64,000 nt of DNA from Nemertoderma westbladi (taxonomy: Eukaryota > Animalia > Xenacoelomorpha). The DNA is taken from NCBI GenBank assembly GCA_032718475.1, contig JAUCBJ010000915.1, positions 9,860-73,859 of the forward strand, given 5' to 3'. Below, one piece after another: positions 60,401 through 64,000 of the stretch (position 1 is the stretch's first letter; every line of letters starts with the position of its first letter). The position numbers and the translations under genes were made by a program. Below the pieces are notes generated by a model that saw nothing but the letters and a program-made list of their open reading frames with translations, was not told the origin of the DNA and ran no database searches.

Positions 60401-62264
60401 AGAAGGACGAGAACATTGGCCTGAGCCCCTCAATGATTTACAGCTCAGCTCAAAGGCTGAAATTCGAAGGCGGAAGTCAACATTGATCTTCAAACAACCC
60501 AGTGAAAATATCCTGCACATTCAAGCTGGGGATTCCTTTCATGGTGACCACGCAGCCATTGAAGATTCTCTGGTTATACATGTATCTTCTTATGAAACCC
60601 TCGAATTTATTGTTGCCCCTCCTGCAGATAGGAATGAGTTATTCCCGAAGATCACCGACATAGGATCGACGATCCTGCATCGATTATTTAATCATTATCG
60701 TTCATTTGGATGTTTGATATTTGCCATAAGTTGGTACAAAAAGCTAGCAAATTGGTACTTCAAAAAGAAGCTTCCTGCTACCACTCATTCTAACATTGCT
60801 GACCCATTAAATCATCTCCCAGAATCTCTTGCCTTCACTGAGATTGAACGTGCCAAAACTGAACGACAAATTATTCGATTTGCTCAATGTTCCACAGTTC
60901 CAGAGAAGTATGAACGTCTAGCCACTTTGCAACAAACTTTCATACCAGATCGTTTTCACTGTGTAATGCATTCTGGCATCATGCGCCTTGGAAATCGTAA
61001 TATAAATACACCCATGTCTTACAATGAGCGCTTCCCTATCATTATGGCCAATCAGGATCTCCAACGCTCTATTATTTATGACATACATATACATTATCTC
61101 CATGCTGGTCAAGAGCAAATCCTCAACATTATACGGCGCAAATATTTCTTTATTAAACCCTGGAAGCCGCTTCGTGATATTCTTGACAGTTGTATTCCAT
61201 GTAAGAGAGTCTTTGGACGAGCTTGTCAACAGCTGGAAGGGCCTCTTCCCATTGAACGTCTTCAAGAATATAAGCCAGCCTTTTATAATGCTGGAGTTGA
61301 TATGTTTGGTCCCTTCAATATTAGACGAGGATATACAATGATCAAACGTTGGGGAATAATCTATACATGCTTAACCACAAGAGCAGTATATCTAGACATG
61401 GTGGATCGCCCTGATCTCAACAGTTTCATGCTTTGTCTCCGGAGATTTATTGCAATGACTGGTGGAGCCATTAAGTACCGCTCAGACTGTGGATCAAACT
61501 TTATTGCTGCTGCATCTGATCTTTTGATAATGATTGAGGATTGGAATAATGTTGCAGTGTCCAAATTTCTGGGTAACTATGGAATACCTTTGCAGACATG
61601 GAAGTTCAACCCTCCTCACTCACCATGGTATGGTGGAGCCTATGAGCGCCTGATTCGCTCCATCAAGTCATCTCTACCTTTGATTATGCCTGCACCCAGA
61701 GATTTTACGGATGAAATGTTTAGAACTCTATTAACAGAAATTTCTTGTGTCCTGAATAATCGACCATTAGTACATGTGAACCATGACCCTGAATCTATGG
61801 AAGCACTTGCACCAGCTCATTTCCTTCTCCAGCGTCCTATCTCTATCTTAGTTCAGAAGGATCATGAGCAGGATGATACATCAGGTTACTACTTGCGAAA
61901 TTTATATGAAGCTGTCATCCTTCATGTTGATAACTTCTGGGGCCAGTGGAAAACGCAGTATCTGCCCACTTTGTCTACAAGAACCAAATGGTTTAGGGAA
62001 CTCAAAAATGTACAGGTTGATGACATTGTAATCGTCAATGACCCTAAAGTCCCACGACGCAGGTGGCTTCTTGCCCGAGTATTGGAAGTATATCCTGGGG
62101 ACGATGGTCTTATACGTTCTGTTTTACTTAAACTCTCCAATGGTTCCATCTTAAAGAGACCGATCCAGTCTCTTGTTCTACTGGAATGTCCTCGAGATCG
62201 AAGCGGTAACTATGGTCAGTTCCCTGAGAATCCACAGGCTAACGTTTTACCATTCAACAAATAA
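54498..62264 (+). CDS. Intact Bel/Pao Gag-Pol polyprotein (Gag, zinc knuckles, PR, RT, RNase H, IN), 2588 aa
   Basis: FKGEPETWPVF; CARCKGNHRLHKC, CSNCLRADHVKDVC, CHICKERHHTLLC; LIDTGSTATF; KVRVVTDGA, ADIEAMF, IYMDD; IFSDAS; HIHYLH..CIPC, GVDMFGP, SDCGSNF, YERLIRS. Confidence 0.97.
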   Translation: MSLDYDKKSSRPDSSSSVLDITVIDVVEPELVMPFLYQPPGAAGGEGISDVPVGIEDTKIKLMSLGVTIESLEDLNWRRSVSGRFSRFTREFNYILSLLKPGWQLSLPVEKHNELWVKCVNLIKDRELLSKLILQFAELSQNPLLKQDIESRNATFLQLACKVHSELRTIVKRPLNIEPGESVYVVPQDSISQVSHSRSSKSSQPSQRSSVIREKLDAAEEEADKKRIELAKELTELNIKATKLKADSELAQVQYQAQVQLNEVKNDVNNREVARLQRQLDSPCSSAASRNSTRGKTNANQNLCPDPLLSSTQIPRPNVTSIGIPEPVSFSLAAQSPVLPVPVSTKSMVTDWVAATIPAASSSIPALNMPRIVTYTQGAPDVPVSQLDGISLNPHSTNIEVCAPITPVAMGARKKTRSNYRVQEPYITDRARHIIVTGETREINTPVSGVSNIPLNTGRSTYTVSAHNGMPSRPGVNHRQSNLPQLSTFEMQQHPIIHGYHPHGQQPVHMEATRSQISHITRTQSYGASNVDNFSPSLFVPQYAAQSQDARRDPRHTYESDRYYRRPPDHNLHSPQDNYLASGPPMEFEYGFGNEFSGNTVGGRDHRRNQIPPNSIIHSENPTVYSDHRSPLPQGDEYSYGWRPNNVPQPQREFFGEGAGHQSYSRTRQPNSNLSAHNTSLEQTSLKLLSHSEINKYLPQPKFVTFKGEPETWPVFYQYFISTVLSKNLSPIENLNYLLSATEGPPHTMVQQHIGVVGGFQVAWKTLQTRYGNPRWIAQILYKQAIEYPSFKHPQKVVQYFDHLQRIVKQMKDIGQLNQLDNAAALNILSDKLDPSAKGRWIKMIRSIVNPKSERNIPRCENLADFMEFIESEVDLAQCRGAPYSSSMQKNTKEAKVELLPSRKWRIRPSSKDYDPSVNAFSTIPEGCSDSEGDLANSDSEETACVASRKPVKKLYPSPKLKPTISHHEDICARCKGNHRLHKCDKFLNDDLPMRKSIVNRVSICSNCLRADHVKDVCPSHSNCHICKERHHTLLCPNPKAATKISQFLAHDKNIFDSDNEASTEETDETYVIDELLHAFQSRAILKSKKAIREYPVLPVKVISKSGSSCECNALIDTGSTATFLDGDLFSTIFSDFDVETIDLKGISGVTHREIQKSKGEISSVDINFPATLKNVRILSLPMFAKSCSKVYDWSQDPFIIKYGFTVQVLKESSISMIIGGNCTEVRACLEQVPRNPLPYQPIATKCVLGWYFTGPSRKTCAEREWPPPEEGKAKYIEASPELVNFAETCDIQLDEAVKTLILFQNADLMDDEEESFLAEDLWEMFQDPGSRPSEIMKGLVAVTESDDQDSPDEMIFKTESKVNTKLELQCDDEKYLLQELHLRVAQWIDGQKMLALEYEKASSVEEVRAKEIQRTTRKLLPDGHYEMGLLWRKPEPTMINNKPLAEKRLNSLRKRLFDRPRVYKKYKQEMDKLIANGWAQRVPDDLLAPSSRTYYLPHFFVVHPSKPDKVRVVTDGAAVYHGVSLNSQLMAGPNYLRNIIGIILRFRRFKFVYIADIEAMFMQVRVTPPDRDSLRYLWWDNDKMEGNPVEFHFLVQAFGIVSSPSNAGCCVVATVEDNEGRVDEHGIPLVLPEVIPVLTNDIYMDDVMNSQETEDQAIKVAHGVRNTLSLGGFNLVKFASNSVRLLESFLPEQRQHANYELGVDPMPSTKALGIHWDPVQDGLFYKVKSFEMVARTKRSCLSILATTYDPVGFVSPVIMKGKCLLKDIWKEGIEWDQALSETLLKSWASWEASLIALNNFKLSRSYFPDLSVDTPVDIHIFSDASDVGMATVAYLAVQMGKIFSTSLLGSKTHIMPAKSLTIPRAELQAAVFSIEIGQTLKQELNLENMTFYYWTDAALVLQYLHNQQAEFVVYVTNRVNTISQYSTVDQWFHVPGKINPADIASRGCEGEKLLENVLWMHGPLYLQEGREHWPEPLNDLQLSSKAEIRRRKSTLIFKQPSENILHIQAGDSFHGDHAAIEDSLVIHVSSYETLEFIVAPPADRNELFPKITDIGSTILHRLFNHYRSFGCLIFAISWYKKLANWYFKKKLPATTHSNIADPLNHLPESLAFTEIERAKTERQIIRFAQCSTVPEKYERLATLQQTFIPDRFHCVMHSGIMRLGNRNINTPMSYNERFPIIMANQDLQRSIIYDIHIHYLHAGQEQILNIIRRKYFFIKPWKPLRDILDSCIPCKRVFGRACQQLEGPLPIERLQEYKPAFYNAGVDMFGPFNIRRGYTMIKRWGIIYTCLTTRAVYLDMVDRPDLNSFMLCLRRFIAMTGGAIKYRSDCGSNFIAAASDLLIMIEDWNNVAVSKFLGNYGIPLQTWKFNPPHSPWYGGAYERLIRSIKSSLPLIMPAPRDFTDEMFRTLLTEISCVLNNRPLVHVNHDPESMEALAPAHFLLQRPISILVQKDHEQDDTSGYYLRNLYEAVILHVDNFWGQWKTQYLPTLSTRTKWFRELKNVQVDDIVIVNDPKVPRRRWLLARVLEVYPGDDGLIRSVLLKLSNGSILKRPIQSLVLLECPRDRSGNYGQFPENPQANVLPFNK

Positions 62265-62547
62265 ACTTTCTTAGATAGATATTTGTTTTTTTGTTGTTGA
62301 CAATATTTTATTATTAAGGAATTATTAATTAACTTTTATTCTAGAACATTTACTTATCTAGAATTATGGATTGTTCTTTCTATATGTAAGTTACCTTACG
62401 AATGTATGTATGTTGTCTTTATCAGTGGTAGGTTAGTAGATATATTACTAAAATACATATGTATGTGTATCACTGACTGCCGACCCTCTGCACACATTTT
62501 GAGAGCGGAAATATTAGTGTGTGCAACTATGCAATGCACTTGAGCTT

Positions 62548-62680
62548 AAAAATAAATAAAATAAAAATAAATAAATAAAAAAAAATAAATAAATAAATCA
62601 AAATCAAAATAAAAAAAAAAAAAAAAAAAAAATAATAATAATAAAAATAAAAAAAAAATGAAAATAAAAAAAAATAAAAA
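62548..62680 (+). repeat. A-rich tract in the 3' UTR of copy 3
   Basis: (AAAAT)n/poly-A; a comparable tract follows integrase in copy 2 (24420-24477). Confidence 0.8.
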
Positions 62681-63310
62681 CCTTTAAAGGTGTAAAGGTA
62701 TAATTTGGCCATGAGAGCGGTTGAAGGCTTACTTACCATAGGTAGATAAATTCACAACTATGGTGAATAAAACTGAATTTTATTTTTTTATTATTAATGG
62801 TGCGATAAACCGTGTAATATGAACTCTTGACTGTTGCAATTGTCAGTATTACAGTATATTATTAAATAATACATTATGAGCATTAGCCGCTAGTGCTCAT
62901 AATTATAAATAGAGTCAGGTTCTTGTTAATGGAATCAAAAAGTATGTGGATTATCGAGTTACGTTAGCCACCTTGTGTATAATAGTTAAATATTTAATTC
63001 CATTTGTAAAGCGAAACATAGATATTATTGAAAATTATTGTGTACAGTATTACAGTTTTATATATATTGATGTTGTATTGTTTCAATCGGTAATAAGATT
63101 GTTGAGGTAAGTACAGAACAGGAAAGCAGTCGAAATTATTTTTTGTTGTTTGTGATATTTTAAGGAATAGAGTTAGCATTGATTTTGATTTGAAATTATA
63201 TTTTATCATGCACTTTATATCTATATTATTTGTGTATTACTGGTTACAAGCTTACGTCTATTATAGTGGACACATGCGATTTATTAAATAACATTATACA
63301 TAAATGTATA

Positions 63311-63321
63311 ATGGAGAGCGG
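63311..63321 (+). promoter_or_regulatory. Polypurine-tract-like sequence
   Basis: ATGGAGAGCGG immediately precedes the TG of the 3' LTR. Confidence 0.65.
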
Positions 63322-64000
63322 TGTTAAGAGCGATGATTAACACATGTGTACTGTACTGGGCGTTTAATGAATTTTGTAGTTATTATTATTTTGAGAGGGA
63401 AATTCAAAATCTCCAGGAGGTACTGGAAATGAGTTATCTTACCGGTCGTGAAAAAGACTGAAAAGCTGTACTGCTGTGTACAGTGTACCGGTTCCATGGT
63501 TGATATTATATATCATATTAATTGTTCGTTATGTAACTGTCAGGGATTCTACCGAATAGGCCTAACCTAATGCAGTAATGGTTATGACTCATCTCCGTGC
63601 GTCTTCGGTTGACAGGTGATCAGCTCGTTGATTCGTATCGGGTTAGAAGCTCTACCCCTAATATATACATTGGTTTAAGGTACTGTTCATCCCATTATTA
63701 CAAACGAAGCAAGACGCTACAACCTTGGGCCAATCTAAATTTACTAATAACAACCTTATATAATAACCCCATGCGGATGTTCGATTTAGTATATAGTTTA
63801 TCTTAAATTTAGTAAATAGTTATAATCTATCTTGTAATATCTATCCTACAGCCGTACTGAGAGCTGGAGAGATTTTCATTTGTGATCGTGTTTTATAGTG
63901 TGTTTTGTCAGTGCAAAGTTGAACTTTAATCCTTTGTTTTTCAGCACTAGGCCTAGTGTTTTTCGATGTACAATATTATTGCATTATTGAGTTTACTTTG
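63322..64000 (+). repeat. 3' LTR of copy 3 (continues beyond window)
   Basis: Matches 27695-27818 + 31672-32224. Confidence 0.95.

Larger units (their letters stand above)
27695..64000 (+). mobile_element. Bel/Pao LTR retrotransposon copy 3 (intact ORF; 5' LTR and UTR expanded by nested insertions; 3' LTR runs off the window)
   Basis: Near-identical LTRs at 27695 and 63322, PPT, and a single intact polyprotein. Confidence 0.8.

Overview
AT-rich eukaryotic (most likely invertebrate animal) DNA made almost entirely of nested transposable elements; no host gene was recognised. It holds three Bel/Pao LTR retrotransposons. (1) A copy truncated after Gag-protease (ORF 3956-8755; homology stops at about 8520). 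(2) A degenerate, purine-rich copy (about 15839-27694). After the integrase it carries a 73-bp double-hairpin tandem array and an extra ORF encoding a DEDDy/RNase D-WRN-like 3'-5' exonuclease domain followed by CCHC zinc knuckles; this is the most unusual feature in the window. (3) A young copy with an intact 2588-aa polyprotein (54498-62264) inserted into that extra ORF. Its 5' LTR (from 27695) is split by a Ginger1-like element (CCGG TSD), which contains a foldback-like element, which contains a CR1 fragment. Its 5' UTR is split at a (TA)n tract by a ~21.4-kb insertion with no coding sequence of its own. That insertion holds a complex satellite array, a hAT element that captured a Bel/Pao gag fragment, a LINE fragment and a piggyBac-like MITE. 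All assignments come from motif reading and comparison of internal copies; no database search was run.
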